A stretch of DNA of 63,708 nt, filler included, from Octopus bimaculoides (Eukaryota), in assembly GCF_001194135.2 (NCBI RefSeq). It is 7 parts of 7 records of this genome, joined end to end, with 100 filler letters (N's around TTAATTAATTAA, not from the genome) between each part and the next. Parts side by side here need not be neighbours in the genome. Positions count along the whole stretch, not along the records: positions 1 to 4,659 come from NC_068992.1; positions 4,760 to 24,894 come from NC_068984.1; 5 more parts are not named here. One strand, 5' to 3'. The notes under the pieces were generated by a model. The model saw nothing but the letters and a program-made list of their open reading frames with translations. It had not been told where the DNA came from and made no database searches. Of this stretch, positions 1 through 11,705 are shown one piece after another. How positions within the stretch are numbered: position 1 is the stretch's first letter; every line of letters begins with the position of its first letter. Made by a program: the position numbers and the translations under genes.

Positions 1-45
1 ATATATATATATATAATACATATATATATATGTAAATATATATAT

Positions 46-89
<44 letters not shown>

Positions 90-479
90 TAATACATATA
101 TGCACATACGGATTTGTATGTACGCGTGTATGCGTCTGTGTATGTGTCTGCGCGTGAGTTGAGTTTGTGAGTCAACGAGTGTTCGTCTACGCGAGTCTAT
201 TTAAACACTACAGATGTGCAGATTATGCAAAACTATTGCTGGAATGCAGTGGGCTGCAATGGAATGTGCTGTTGGTTTATGTTGAACGCCAACCTACAGC
301 AGTTGCAGCAGTTTTAACAACTGCAGTCTTGTCTTCTATACATGCAACCAGTGTGTATTGTATGATACCCCAATACCAGACACCCGCCTACACATATACC
401 CCTTTCAGCCGGTTTTTGCAATGCTCTAAAATCCTACATCATCCACCGCGTTATCCATAATTCTCTGCCTGCAGGAGAC

Positions 480-1008
480 GCCCTCTCTCTTCAGCACACG
501 CTTTCTGTCTTTCTCTTTTTCTCGCTTTCTCTTTTTCTCGCTTTCTCTCTCTCTTTCTTTCCTCCCACCCCTCTCTCTCTCTCTCTCTCTCTCTCTATTT
601 CTCCCTTGGTACCGCACTACAGTCTTAGTCGAATATTATTGCTACTCTGTCACTGATGCTTTCAACATATCCATCAATCCAGATACCATATAATCTAAAT
701 CCATCCATCCATCTTTCTATCCACCTGTCTCTCTGTCTATCAAGCTGTCTGTCTGGCTACCCATCCATCCAACCACCCATCCATCGATTCATCCATGTAT
801 TCGTCTATCAATCCATCCATCCATCCATCCATCCATCCATCCATCTGTCCTTCTTTCTTTTTCTCTCTCTCTTTCTACTTATTCATCCATTCGTCCATTC
901 ATCCATCTATCTATCAATTGATCGATCGATCGATCGATCCATCTCTCTCTCTCTCTCCTCTCTCTCTATTTATCCATCCATCCATCCATCCATCCATCCA
1001 TCTTTCCT

Positions 1009-1056
<48 letters not shown>

Positions 1057-1293
1057 TCTCTCTCTCTCTCGTTCTACCTATTCAGCCATTCGTCCATTGA
1101 TCCATTTATATATCAATCGATCGATCGATCCATCCATCTCTCTATCCTCTCTCTCTATTTATCTGTCTATCTATCCATCCGGCCGTCCGTCCGTCCGTCC
1201 GTCCGTCGTCCGTCGGTCTGTCTCTCTGTCTGTCTATCTACCCAACCGTTCATTTGCCAACCATCCATTCTTCCATATATCCCTCCATCCATC

Positions 1294-1352
<59 letters not shown>

Positions 1353-1470
1353 GTCTGTCTGTCTGTCTGTCTGTCTGTTGTCTTCTGTGTGTGCGCGTGT
1401 GCGGTGAATGCATGCTTATATGAATATATATATATATATATATAAAAGCTCGAAGCTTACTGAGTTCCTA
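480..1470. repeat. Compound microsatellite field: (CT)n, (ATCC)n, (GATC)n, (GTCC)n, (ATCT)n, (GTCT)n, (TA)n
   Basis: Read directly. The overlapping 255-aa ORF (SIHP/SIYL repeats) is simply the translation of the repeats. Confidence 0.95.
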
Positions 1471-1594
1471 CTACACCTGGATCCTTTGATCTTACCTTTA
1501 CATATAACTATATATATATATATATATATATATACGTACATTTTATGTATATATTTATATATTTATGTGTACAGATGTAAACAGGGCGCAGACA

Positions 1595-1960
1595 TATCTT
1601 TGTGGCTGAGAAGATTGCTTTGCAGCCAGCCAAATGGTCCCAGGTTCAGTCACACAGCATGGCACTTTCCACAAGTGCCTTCCACTATGGCCCCGTTTAA
1701 TTCCCTCACAATGGCTTCTGAGTGAATTTGATAAAGAGAAACTGATTGAAAGTAAGTCATATTTTTGTGTGTGTATGCCCTTGTAGTTGTCACTCATCGC
1801 TTGACAACAGTGTTGGTTTGTTTGCGTCACCGCAGCAAAGCGGTTCGGCAAAAAGACAAATAATAGAAACACCAGACCTAAAATATATACTGGAATCGAT
1901 TTGTTCAACTAAACACTTCATGGAGATTTTTCTAGGATGGGGTCAGTCTAATGGTTAAAG
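1595..1960 (+). mobile_element. tRNA-derived SINE, family 2 (degenerate)
   Basis: Head tgtggctgagaag...ggttcagtc, body gcttgacaacagtgttggtttgtttgcgtc...gcggttcggcaaaaagac. Homologous to copies at 5225-5372 and 56835-57065. Confidence 0.7.
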
Positions 1961-2699
1961 CAAAGAAAAAGAATAATTGATATATAGAGTAACCCATCAT
2001 ATTAAACAGTAAAACTATGTTTATTATAACTGAACATAAAAACTAACTTTAATATACATAACGCACACACACACATTATATGTATGTATATGTATATTCA
2101 TATACATATACGTATAAATGCGCGTGTGGATGTGTATACACACACAGACGCGCGCATGCACACACACTCCCGCGCACACACATATGTGTGTATATATATA
2201 CATATACATATATATATATATATATATATNNNNNNNNNNNNNNNNNNNNNNNNNNNNNNNNNNNNNNNNNNNNNNNNNNNNNNNNNNNNNNNNNNNNNNN
2301 NNNNNNNNNNNNNNNNNNNNNNNNNNNNNNNNNNNNNNNNNNNNNNNNNNNNNNNNNNNNNNNNNNNNNNNNNNNNNNNNNNNNNNNNNNNNNNNNNNNN
2401 NNNNNNNNNNNNNNNNNNNNNNNNNNNNNNNNNNNNNNNNNNNNNNNNNNNNNNNNNNNNNNNNNNNNNNNNNNNNNNNNNNNNNNNNNNNNNNNNNNNN
2501 NNNNNNNNNNNNNNNNNNNNNNNNNNNNNNNNNNNNNNNNNNNNNNNNNNNNNNNNNNNNNNNNNNNNNNNNNNNNNNNNNNNNNNNNNNNNNNNNNNNN
2601 NNNNNNNNNNNNNNNNNNNNNNNNNNNNNNNNNNNNNNNNNNNNNNNNNNNNNNNNNNNNNNNNNNNNNNNNNNNNNNNNNNNNNNNNNNNNNNNNNNN

Positions 2700-2737
<38 letters not shown>

Positions 2738-2740
<3 letters not shown>

Positions 2741-2965
2741 GTAAATCCCAAAAAGCGAAGAACGAACGCAAAAGAAAAATAAAAGAGAAATCTCGAGGAC
2801 GTGGTGCATGTGAAGTAATAGCAGACGCTCAGGGAAGGAAAGAAAGGTGGTTTTACGTTTCGAGCAAAGCTCTTCTTCAGAAACAGGAGACAGAGGAAAG
2901 TCCAGTAGAAAAGGAAGACAGAGGGAAAAAATTCGCCAACGATTCACATGTGGTTACATTTTGAA
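2738..2965 (-). mobile_element. Penelope-like element terminal (pLTR) remnant carrying a hammerhead ribozyme
   Basis: The minus strand is pyrimidine-rich around CTGAAGAAGAGCTTTGCTCGAAACGT and ends in (TA)n. The PLE assignment is inferred from the hammerhead type. Confidence 0.55.
2850..2884 (-). ncRNA. Minimal type-I hammerhead ribozyme motif
   Basis: Minus strand GUUU-CUGAAGA-A-GAGC-UUU-GCUC-GAA-ACGU-A-AAAC. It has the full catalytic core, a 4-bp stem II, a 4-bp stem I (GUUU/AAAC), a palindromic ACGU stem III and a GUA cleavage triplet. Confidence 0.7.
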
Positions 2966-3084
2966 ATGTATACATACGTACATACATACATACATGCTAC
3001 TACTACTACTATTACTATGCGTTTCATTTGCGTAGGTCTGTTGCGTTTCTAGTGGGTGCGCCGAAAGTAAAGAGAACATGAAAT

Positions 3085-3288
3085 ATTCTTTCCTATTCTA
3101 GGCACAAGGCCCGAAATTTAGGGGAGAGTTGCTAGTCGATTAGATCGAGCCCAGTACGCAACTGGTTCTTAATTCATCGACCACGAAAGGATAAAATGCA
3201 AAGTCGACCTCAGCGGAATGTAGCGACTGGCGAAATACCGCTAAGCATTTCGCCCGGCGTGCTAACGTTTCTGCCATCTCACCGCCTT
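3085..3288 (-). mobile_element. tRNA-derived SINE, family 1
   Basis: In sense orientation it starts aaggcggtgagatggcagaaacgttag and carries the core ggtcgactttgcattttatcctttcg. Flanked by a degenerate TSD (agaacatgaaatatt / agaacacgaacatatt). Confidence 0.9.
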
Positions 3289-3420
3289 CAGAACACGAAC
3301 ATATTGCGCAAGAATTGAAGAATAAATGTCTAACCAGTAAAGACCTCCAGTATTTTTTAAAGTCAAATGTTTTATGCCATAATTTAGACCAGTCTTTAAA
3401 TCTTACAAAACTAACTGACT

Positions 3421-4266
3421 AAATTTACTTATGATATCAACAATTGGAATACGAGGTACAATAAAACCAGTCTTCGACGATTGGCAGCCATTTTATACAT
3501 AATTGACATATTTTAATATAAGCTGTTACATGTTTGCATTATCTCCATAGTTTTCAAGCTACATAAAAGTAAGTTATGATAATGACTACGGTGGAGTTAG
3601 TGAAGCAGATCTGCCCGTTCGTTAAAATACGTTAGAAGGCCCTGGCACACTGGCACACTAACATTTTGTCCTACTTTCCTGGCGTTGCTTATTTTAATCC
3701 CGTTTTGCTCTCTTGGTCGCGCAAATCATGCAAATGGATACGTACTCGTAAGATGGCACCCAAGTTCATTTAAGGTGACCCTCTTCTCTTTCACTTCGTC
3801 TTCTACTCCACGACGACGACGACGACGACGACCACCACCACCACCACCGGGAAAGCGGCCATTGTGAGTCAGTATGACTCGAAAGGGTAACATTACTTAC
3901 TCTACATACATACATGAAGCCACATGAGTCAATGATGAAACCGCAAAAAGAGCGCTTAACCTGTTAGAAATAGCAGCCAGATCTCAATCAGATCACATCC
4001 TAATGTTTTGGAAAAAAGAAAGGTGTCATTGATCAGTAGGTATGTATATGGGGTATGTTTGTGTGTGTAGGGTGTGTGTGTGTGTATGGAGGTATGTGTG
4101 TGTATGAGTTCTTCCAGGTATTTATACTAGAGTACGATAGTCATAGTTGGAATGTCTTTCAACAAATGTTTTGTTTAAATGTACTTATGACATCAACAAT
4201 TGAAATACGAATTACAATAAAACCAGTTTGGCTTCGACGATTAGCAGCCAATTTGTACATAAATTG
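3421..4266. repeat. Diverged direct repeat pair (3421-3505 and 4178-4266)
   Basis: Both copies read aaat(t/g)tacttatga(t/c)atcaacaattg(g/a)aatacga...tacaataaaaccagt...cttcgacgatt(g/a)gcagcca. Confidence 0.75.
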
Positions 4267-4703
4267 GTGTGGGTGGGGATGAATTGGTGGGTTTTAACTC
4301 GGGAAACGAAGCATTACAAACACTTCTCTAATACAGCGAATGTATAATGAAATATCTTCCAAAATAAATTTAAGAAACAATACGCACTCACTCTCGCCAG
4401 TAACTCTGCCTGCTCCCATAGGCACACTCGTGCGCACGCACACACACACATACACACACATACACACATACACACATGCACACACTCATGTGTATATATA
4501 TATATTTATATATAAATATTCGGTAATTCTTACAATCTTACGACTTGCATTAAGGCATCTCTACCTGCCTGTCTGTCTGTCTGTCTTAATGTTCTATTTC
4601 GCAAGCACGTCCCTTATCTGTGTGTCAAACTAATGACAGAAGCACAATCGCACACACGCNNNNNNNNNNNNNNNNNNNNNNNNNNNNNNNNNNNNNNNNN
4701 NNN

Positions 4704-4715
4704 TTAATTAATTAA
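4704..4715. other. Artificial gap linker TTAATTAATTAA inside a 44N+12+44N spacer (also at 24939, 46342, 55965, 59286, 60827)
   Basis: The identical 12-mer is centred in six 100-bp N gaps and gives stop codons in all six frames. Confidence 0.97.
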
Positions 4716-5224
4716 NNNNNNNNNNNNNNNNNNNNNNNNNNNNNNNNNNNNNNNNNNNNACAAGGAGAAAAACACGGAGAAAAAAAATTGAATAGTGTTC
4801 AGTCAACGGTCAATCATAATAATGGCCGATCATAACAATGACTGACCGGAAGTTAGAAATTCTTATTTCAGGAGAGCTAAGAAAGGGGGAGATAACAAAC
4901 GGTGATCGGGAACGAGGGGCTGTGTGTGGGAGGTAGAATGCTGGTGATCTTGACGTATGTAGTGTGAAAATGGGGAAGGGAGAAAGGGAGAAAGGGAGTT
5001 AGTAGTATATATACGTGTGCGTGCGTGCGCACGTGTATGTGTGTAAATCAGACTTGTATATGTATTTATAAAACATGTTTGCTTTCAATGGTTCTTCATG
5101 TACAGTATATTACTGATAATATCTACATGCATACATACATACATACATACATACATTTAGACAGACAGAAAAACAGTCACACAGATAGACACAAACACAC
5201 GCGCGCACATATGCACACACAGAG

Positions 5225-5372
5225 AAACCACACATGTGGTTAGTAGTTTGCTTCTGACTATATGACTCCAAATTCGGTCCATTGCATGGCACCTTCGGTA
5301 ACTGTCTTCTTCTATAGCCCTGGGCCGACCGAAGCCTTGTGAGTAGATATACTAGACCGAAACTGAAAGAAG
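5225..5372 (+). mobile_element. tRNA-derived SINE, family 2 (5' part)
   Basis: gtggttagtagtttgcttc...ggccgaccgaagccttgtgagtag...gaaactgaaagaagc followed by (TA)n. Confidence 0.8.
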
Positions 5373-6170
5373 CATATATATATATATATATANNNNNNNN
5401 NNNNNNNNNNNNNNNNNNNNNNNNNNNNNNNNNNNNNNNNNNNNNNNNNNNNNNNNNNNNNNNNNNNNNNNNNNNNNNNNNNNNNNNNNNNNNNNNNNNN
5501 NNNNNNNNNNNNNNNNNNNNNNNNNNNNNNNNNNNNNNNNNNNNNNNNNNNNNNNNNNNNNNNNNNNNNNNNNNNNNNNNNNNNNNNNNNNNNNNNNNNN
5601 NNNNNNNNNNNNNNNNNNNNNNNNNNNNNNNNNNNNNNNNNNNNNNNNNNNNNNNNNNNNNNNNNNNNNNNNNNNNNNNNNNNNNNNNNNNNNNNNNNNN
5701 NNNNNNNNNNNNNNNNNNNNNNNNNNNNNNNNNNNNNNNNNNNNNNNNNNNNNNNNNNNNNNNNNNNNNNNNNNNNNNNNNNNNNNNNNNNNNNNNNNNN
5801 NNNNNNNNNNNNNNNNNNNNNNNNNNNNNNNNNNNNNNNNNNNNNNNNNNNNNNNNNNNNNNNNNNNNNNNNNNNNNNNNNNNNNNNNNNNNNNNNNNNN
5901 NNNNNNNNNNNNNNNNNNNNNNNNNNNNNNNNNNNNNNNNNNNNNNNNNNNNNNNNNNNNNNNNNNNNNNNNNNNNNNNNNNNNNNNNNNNNNNNNNNNN
6001 NNNNNNNNNNNNNNNNNNNNNNNNNNNNNNNNNNNNNNNNNNNNNNNNNNNNNNNNNNNNNNNNNNNNNNNNNNNNNNNNNNNNNNNNNNNNNNNNNNNN
6101 NNNNNNNNNNNNNNNNNNNNNNNNNNNNNNNNNNNNNNNNNNNNNNNNNNNNNNNNNNNNNNNNNNNNNN

Positions 6171-6214
<44 letters not shown>

Positions 6215-6246
6215 ACACACATACACACACACACACACACACACAG

Positions 6247-6278
<32 letters not shown>

Positions 6279-6280
6279 CA

Positions 6281-6550
6281 ACAAACAAAAAATGGAACAA
6301 GAACGTAACAGACGACAACAAAACATACGGATAGTTGGACGATACAAAAAAAGGACAGGAAAAAACAATGATGGGTCATTCGGAGCTTTCTTTCGTCAGG
6401 CGATTTCCAGATCGTCGTTGCAGTTTCGGCCGGTAACTCGATTGACGAAAGAAAGCTCCGAATGACCCGTCCTTGTTTTTTCCTGTCCATTTTTGTATCG
6501 TCCAACAGTTGTCGTCTTTTACGTCCTTGTTCCATTTTTTTGTTTTGTTT
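6281..6550. repeat. Long foldback (inverted repeat), about 270 bp
   Basis: Perfect 26-bp inner stem (6373-6398 / 6443-6468). The arms extend with indels to about 100 bp; the loop is 44 nt. Confidence 0.9.
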
Positions 6551-6753
6551 TTTCGATATATACATATAGCGACGTACGTACACTTTTGGTCTCTTATATA
6601 TTTATATAATTGTATTCAAAACAATATATACATGCATATATATATATACATATTATACACACACACACACGCACACACACACACACACACATATATAGGT
6701 GAAAAACTCGGTGGGAGATTCCACGTGGTGGTAAATATAAAATAGAATGTATG

Positions 6754-7059
6754 GTGAAAAAGCACAGAAATCTTTTTTGTGTAGATAAAGGTTATTTCAC
6801 CCATTAAAACATATACAGAGTCGACCGCTTACCCTTCGCTAGTCATGGCTCATTATTATGAAATCATAATGTTTTTGATTTAATCTTGCGTAGAAGCAGG
6901 CATGGAAAGTTTTGCGTTTATGCGAAGGATTAAATCAAAAACTTATAATGATTTCGTCACATTGAGTCATGATTAACAAAGCGAAACCGGTCGACTCTAT
7001 ACATATTGTAAGGGGTTAAATAATCTGTCTACACAAACAATATTTCTGTGCTTTTTCAC
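6754..7059. repeat. Outer palindromic element (arms 6754-6813 and 7002-7059) interrupted by a MITE
   Basis: gtgaaaaagcacagaaat...tgtgtaga...tatttcaccc is the reverse complement of ggggttaaata...tctacaca...atttctgtgctttttcac. Confidence 0.8.
6816..6999. mobile_element. Tc1/mariner-type MITE with long TIRs and a TA target duplication
   Basis: TA|cagagtcgaccg ... cggtcgactcta|TA. The TIR similarity extends about 75 bp (gtttttgatttaatc / gattaaatcaaaaac). Confidence 0.8.
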
Positions 7060-7495
7060 TTTAGACCTTATCATGTGTATATATATATATATATATATAA
7101 ATCTAGGCACCAATATCTAAGCAGTATCTAAGTCTAATAAGATTATCTATGGTGACAAACTCCTACAAATTATGAATCCAGAAACACTTTCCACTTTACA
7201 AGAATGAAGGACAACTCAGAAAAAACAAAACTGAGGTATAAGAAATTCGCAATCAAGCATAATATAAGTTTATTCCCATCATCACCTGCCCAACAGAAAT
7301 CACTATGGTTTCGACACTTGGGCAGCACCATTCAATCTGGTGGTGTAAGCAGCGTTAAAAGTATAAACACTGCCAGGGAATCCATCATCTTATTTTCTGA
7401 CAAGTAGCGACATCAGCTAAACTAGTAGTATTAATCTATAGTTACAAAATAGTCCTTATAAAACAAAGAACTTATTTAAAACGGACACGCAGACA

Positions 7496-7538
<43 letters not shown>

Positions 7539-8667
7539 GTGCATATGTATGTATGTTTATATATGAATATATATGTATATATATAAATGTATGTGTGCAT
7601 ATGTGGATATATATATATGTATATATATNNNNNNNNNNNNNNNNNNNNNNNNNNNNNNNNNNNNNNNNNNNNNNNNNNNNNNNNNNNNNNNNNNNNNNNN
7701 NNNNNNNNNNNNNNNNNNNNNNNNNNNNNNNNNNNNNNNNNNNNNNNNNNNNNNNNNNNNNNNNNNNNNNNNNNNNNNNNNNNNNNNNNNNNNNNNNNNN
7801 NNNNNNNNNNNNNNNNNNNNNNNNNNNNNNNNNNNNNNNNNNNNNNNNNNNNNNNNNNNNNNNNNNNNNNNNNNNNNNNNNNNNNNNNNNNNNNNNNNNN
7901 NNNNNNNNNNNNNNNNNNNNNNNNNNNNNNNNNNNNNNNNNNNNNNNNNNNNNNNNNNNNNNNNNNNNNNNNNNNNNNNNNNNNNNNNNNNNNNNNNNNN
8001 NNNNNNNNNNNNNNNNNNNNNNNNNNNNNNNNNNNNNNNNNNNNNNNNNNNNNNNNNNNNNNNNNNNNNNNNNNNNNNNNNNNNNNNNNNNNNNNNNNNN
8101 NNNNNNNNNNNNNNNNNNNNNNNNNNNNNNNNNNNNNNNNNNNNNNNNNNNNNNNNNNNNNNNNNNNNNNNNNNNNNNNNNNNNNNNNNNNNNNNNNNNN
8201 NNNNNNNNNNNNNNNNNNNNNNNNNNNNNNNNNNNNNNNNNNNNNNNNNNNNNNNNNNNNNNNNNNNNNNNNNNNNNNNNNNNNNNNNNNNNNNNNNNNN
8301 NNNNNNNNNNNNNNNNNNNNNNNNNNNNNNNNNNNNNNNNNNNNNNNNNNNNNNNNNNNNNNNNNNNNNNNNNNNNNNNNNNNNNNNNNNNNNNNNNNNN
8401 NNNNNNNNNNNNNNNNNNNNNNNNNNNNNNNNNNNNNNNNNNNNNNNNNNNNNNNNNNNNNNNNNNNNNNNNNNNNNNNNNNNNNNNNNNNNNNNNNNNN
8501 NNNNNNNNNNNNNNNNNNNNNNNNNNNNNNNNNNNNNNNNNNNNNNNNNNNNNNNNNNNNNNNNNNNNNNNNNNNNNNNNNNNNNNNNNNNNNNNNNNNN
8601 NNNNNNNNNNNNNNNNNNNNNNNNNGTGTGTGTGTGTGTGTATGTATATATATATGTGTATGTATAT

Positions 8668-8887
8668 ATATTCTTTTCTACTCTAGGCACAAGGCCCGAA
8701 ATCTTTGGTGAGTAGGGGCCAGTCGATTAGATCGACCCGAGTACGCAACTGGTACTTAATTTATGGACCCCGAAAGAATGAAGAGCAAAGTCAACCGTGG
8801 TTTAATTTGTACTCAGAACGTAAAACAGACGAAATACCGCCAAGCATTTCGCCCGGCGTGCTAACGCTTTTGCCATCTCGTCGCCTT
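8668..8887 (-). mobile_element. tRNA-derived SINE, family 1
   Basis: Full-length match to the other family 1 copies. Confidence 0.9.
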
Positions 8888-10020
8888 ATAAATATACATA
8901 TATGAAATAATAAAAGAGTGTAACTCTTTTCACGAAATAACACGGATGGGCTCAATATATTGAGCAAATATCAAGGTTCAAAGAGGGTGAGAAAACAGAT
9001 TAGTTTATCATCCTCCTAGTACGGCCAATACATATTCAAATTGGGAATTCAATCAAGTGTATACATATACATTTTTATTATATAATCTCAAGTTTGGGTG
9101 ATCACAATATATATACAGAAATTTAGATCAAATAAAATAAATTAAATCAAAATCACGAGCAGGTGAGATGTTTAAAAGATTTACAATAGTGCTCGAATGA
9201 AGTAAAATTAAATAGAGAAAGGCGATTTAAAACTGTCATTGAATGAAATAAAAAATAAAGCAGTTCACGAATGAAATAAAGATATAATGAAGTGAGGTTT
9301 ACTACGATCGTTTCAAGGAATATGCAAAGCAAAAACGTTTCCTTTCGACTTTGGTGGTGGCATCTCCTTCATCCGAGATAGAATTTTTAAAGTTTAGATT
9401 TTTAAAAAATTTAAGTTTTTGTAAGAGTTTTCCCACATCGAACGGTATTCGCGAACGGTATTTGATGAAACTTGTTGGAAAAGTTGGTAATGACACAAGG
9501 AACAGATGATGAAATTTAGGTAGTGATCCGGAAAGTTTTATGGATTCTTGAAGGATTTTTCATTTGTTATATTTACTTTACATGAAATATTAGTGTTACG
9601 TTCTTTGATTATCTCCCTTGAAAACACATCGTTTCCACGTAACCTATGGCGGCGTTGCTGTTTAGAGACAGTGTTGATGATGACGATGGTCAAGATAAGT
9701 ATGGGAGGAGGATAAAATTGTATCGGTGGTTATAATGGCGACAGGAGCGGTGTGATGTGTAATGCTGAGGTGATGTTGGTAATAGTGGTGTTGATGATAG
9801 TGTTAGTTGTGTGATGGTGGTATTGTAGTGGTTATACTGCTTGTGGTGGTGAAAGTGACTGTCAAGGTAACCATCATGATAACATTGATGGCGGTGTATG
9901 TGGTTGAAGTGGAAGCAATGACAATGCTGATGATGATGTTGGTGGTTGTGAACTGCTTCAGATGATCCCTGTTTTTAAAGGGTTTTTTTTCTTAAAATCA
10001 TATGGCTGTGTTATTTTTTT

Positions 10021-10139
10021 TTACCCCCGCCAAGGAGGTTATGTTGGTTTGGGAAATTGGGCGATTTTCAGCATGCGTGTATATGGGTGGAAATGAGCTG
10101 CTTGGCGGCGGTCTGCGCTCTCCGAGTGCTTTTCTAGTT
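10021..10139 (+). mobile_element. Mini non-autonomous Helentron-type (HINE/DINE-1-like) element
   Basis: T-rich ends; 5' acc(c)cc-gccaa-ggaggt hairpin; subterminal inverted repeat ccgccaag / cttggcgg; 3' hairpin gcgctc-tcc-gagtgc followed by ttttctagttt. Confidence 0.55.
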
Positions 10140-10409
10140 TATCTTGAATTCAAATTTCTTCCACAAGTTACGACTTTTGCTTTCTCACCTCAGAGGTCAA
10201 TGAAATAAACACTAGTAATATATTATGGTTGATTCACTCAGCTCATTGTGCAAAGAAATCCTTATTCTTTGCACAAAATACGAATTTAAGTTTACAATAT
10301 TTGATTTTCTTCAGCTCGGTTTTAATTCCGAATCCCACCGGAGTCTTTATTTTTTATCCATCTAGTTTCAAAGGTGTTTTGTTACAACAATATCCTTGGA
10401 TTGATGCAT

Positions 10410-10715
10410 TAGTTGAGTAGTGGGGTTGATGAAATCGACTATTCCCTCTCACAAAATCTCAGGCCTTGTGCCTGTAGTAGACAGGGTTATTATTATTATT
10501 AGCCGGAATCGTTAACACGCTTAGCAGCATTTCTTCTGGCTTTACATTCTTAGTATAAAGTCAGTAGAAGGCGACTTTCGCTTTCATCATTTCAGGGGCG
10601 ATAAAATAAGCACCAGTTGAGCATTGGGGTCGATGCAATCGACTGGTCCATCCCCCATCACAAAAAAATCCAGGCTTTGTGCCTAAAGTAGAAAGAATTA
10701 TTATTATCATTACAT
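10410..10715 (+). mobile_element. Two tandem family 1 SINE copies (3' fragment plus a degenerate full copy) with (ATT)n tails
   Basis: caggccttgtgcctgtagtagacagggttattatt and ccaggctttgtgcctaaagtagaaagaattattatt tails. Confidence 0.8.
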
Positions 10716-11615
10716 ATCTTGATTGTTATTCTTGTTGCTATTAACGCTGTTGGTGTAAAGTAATAAACTACGTAGCTTAAACGTGAAGGCTTTTAAAAAA
10801 AGGAAAACATTTTTTTTGATTTAGACGCAACGAAGTAAGACTGTTACTGGATAAGCTAAAACAAATTAACTACGAATTGTATCAGCTTTTCTCCTCTTTC
10901 TCTTTCTTCCTTCTTTTCTTTTCCAAACTATGTTCCTTGCTCTCGTTCAGTTTTCCTCGCTCTTTCTAGCTTTCTCTCTTTATTTCTTTCACACATAATA
11001 ACTGCATTAGGAAACATAAAAGTTCGGGCTGTTGCTGTATCACGTGTACGTAACAACTTCATTCGTTAAAGAACAGCTACAATGAAAACAACTGTAATGT
11101 GTGTTAAGTTTTGCCGAACTCTTGATGTAACGCTGACTAATTATTATTTAAAGGAGTAAAGCTTGTCTGGAAACGGACTTGATTATTAGCGTGTAATAAA
11201 ACCAACTTACATAACGGTATCTAAACTTACATTCCTATGTTTAATGGACACAGTGTTACTACAGAAAAATGAAAAGATGGCATGTGAAAGCCAGTACGGA
11301 TATGTAAAGCTCGCTACTTCACTATTTTGATGCCAAATCCCTCTGAAGAAGATTTTACTTTTCATTTCTCTAAAGACGATAAAATTTATCTCCCACTTTT
11401 ATCTAACAACATAACTAAACAAATCTCAAGGATGGTTCTTGCAGGGAGCGTGAGAATTCTCTTCCTCTGCGCTGTGTAAGATTCATTTCATCATTTAAAT
11501 GATGTCTATGACTATTTACCGATAAAAATCATCACTAGGTTCACAAGATTCTACTGTTTTACTATTGAATAGTAGCTTGTTTAGATCACATAATAAATTA
11601 TGGGACATATGAAGT

Positions 11616-11705
<90 letters not shown>

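Noticed and set aside
167-460. 97-aa ORF MSQRVFVYASLF...
   Set aside because: No recognisable motif and no convincing splice context; it starts at GTG. An exon in another frame cannot be excluded.
656-1423. 255-aa ORF ([12 protein letters not shown] repeats)
   Set aside because: It is the translation of tetranucleotide and dinucleotide microsatellites, with no domain.
2024-8715. Long 200-400-aa ORFs spanning N runs (also at 46789-47755 and 51071-55333)
   Set aside because: They are open only because N codons cannot be stops; the flanks are (TA)n or (CA)n.
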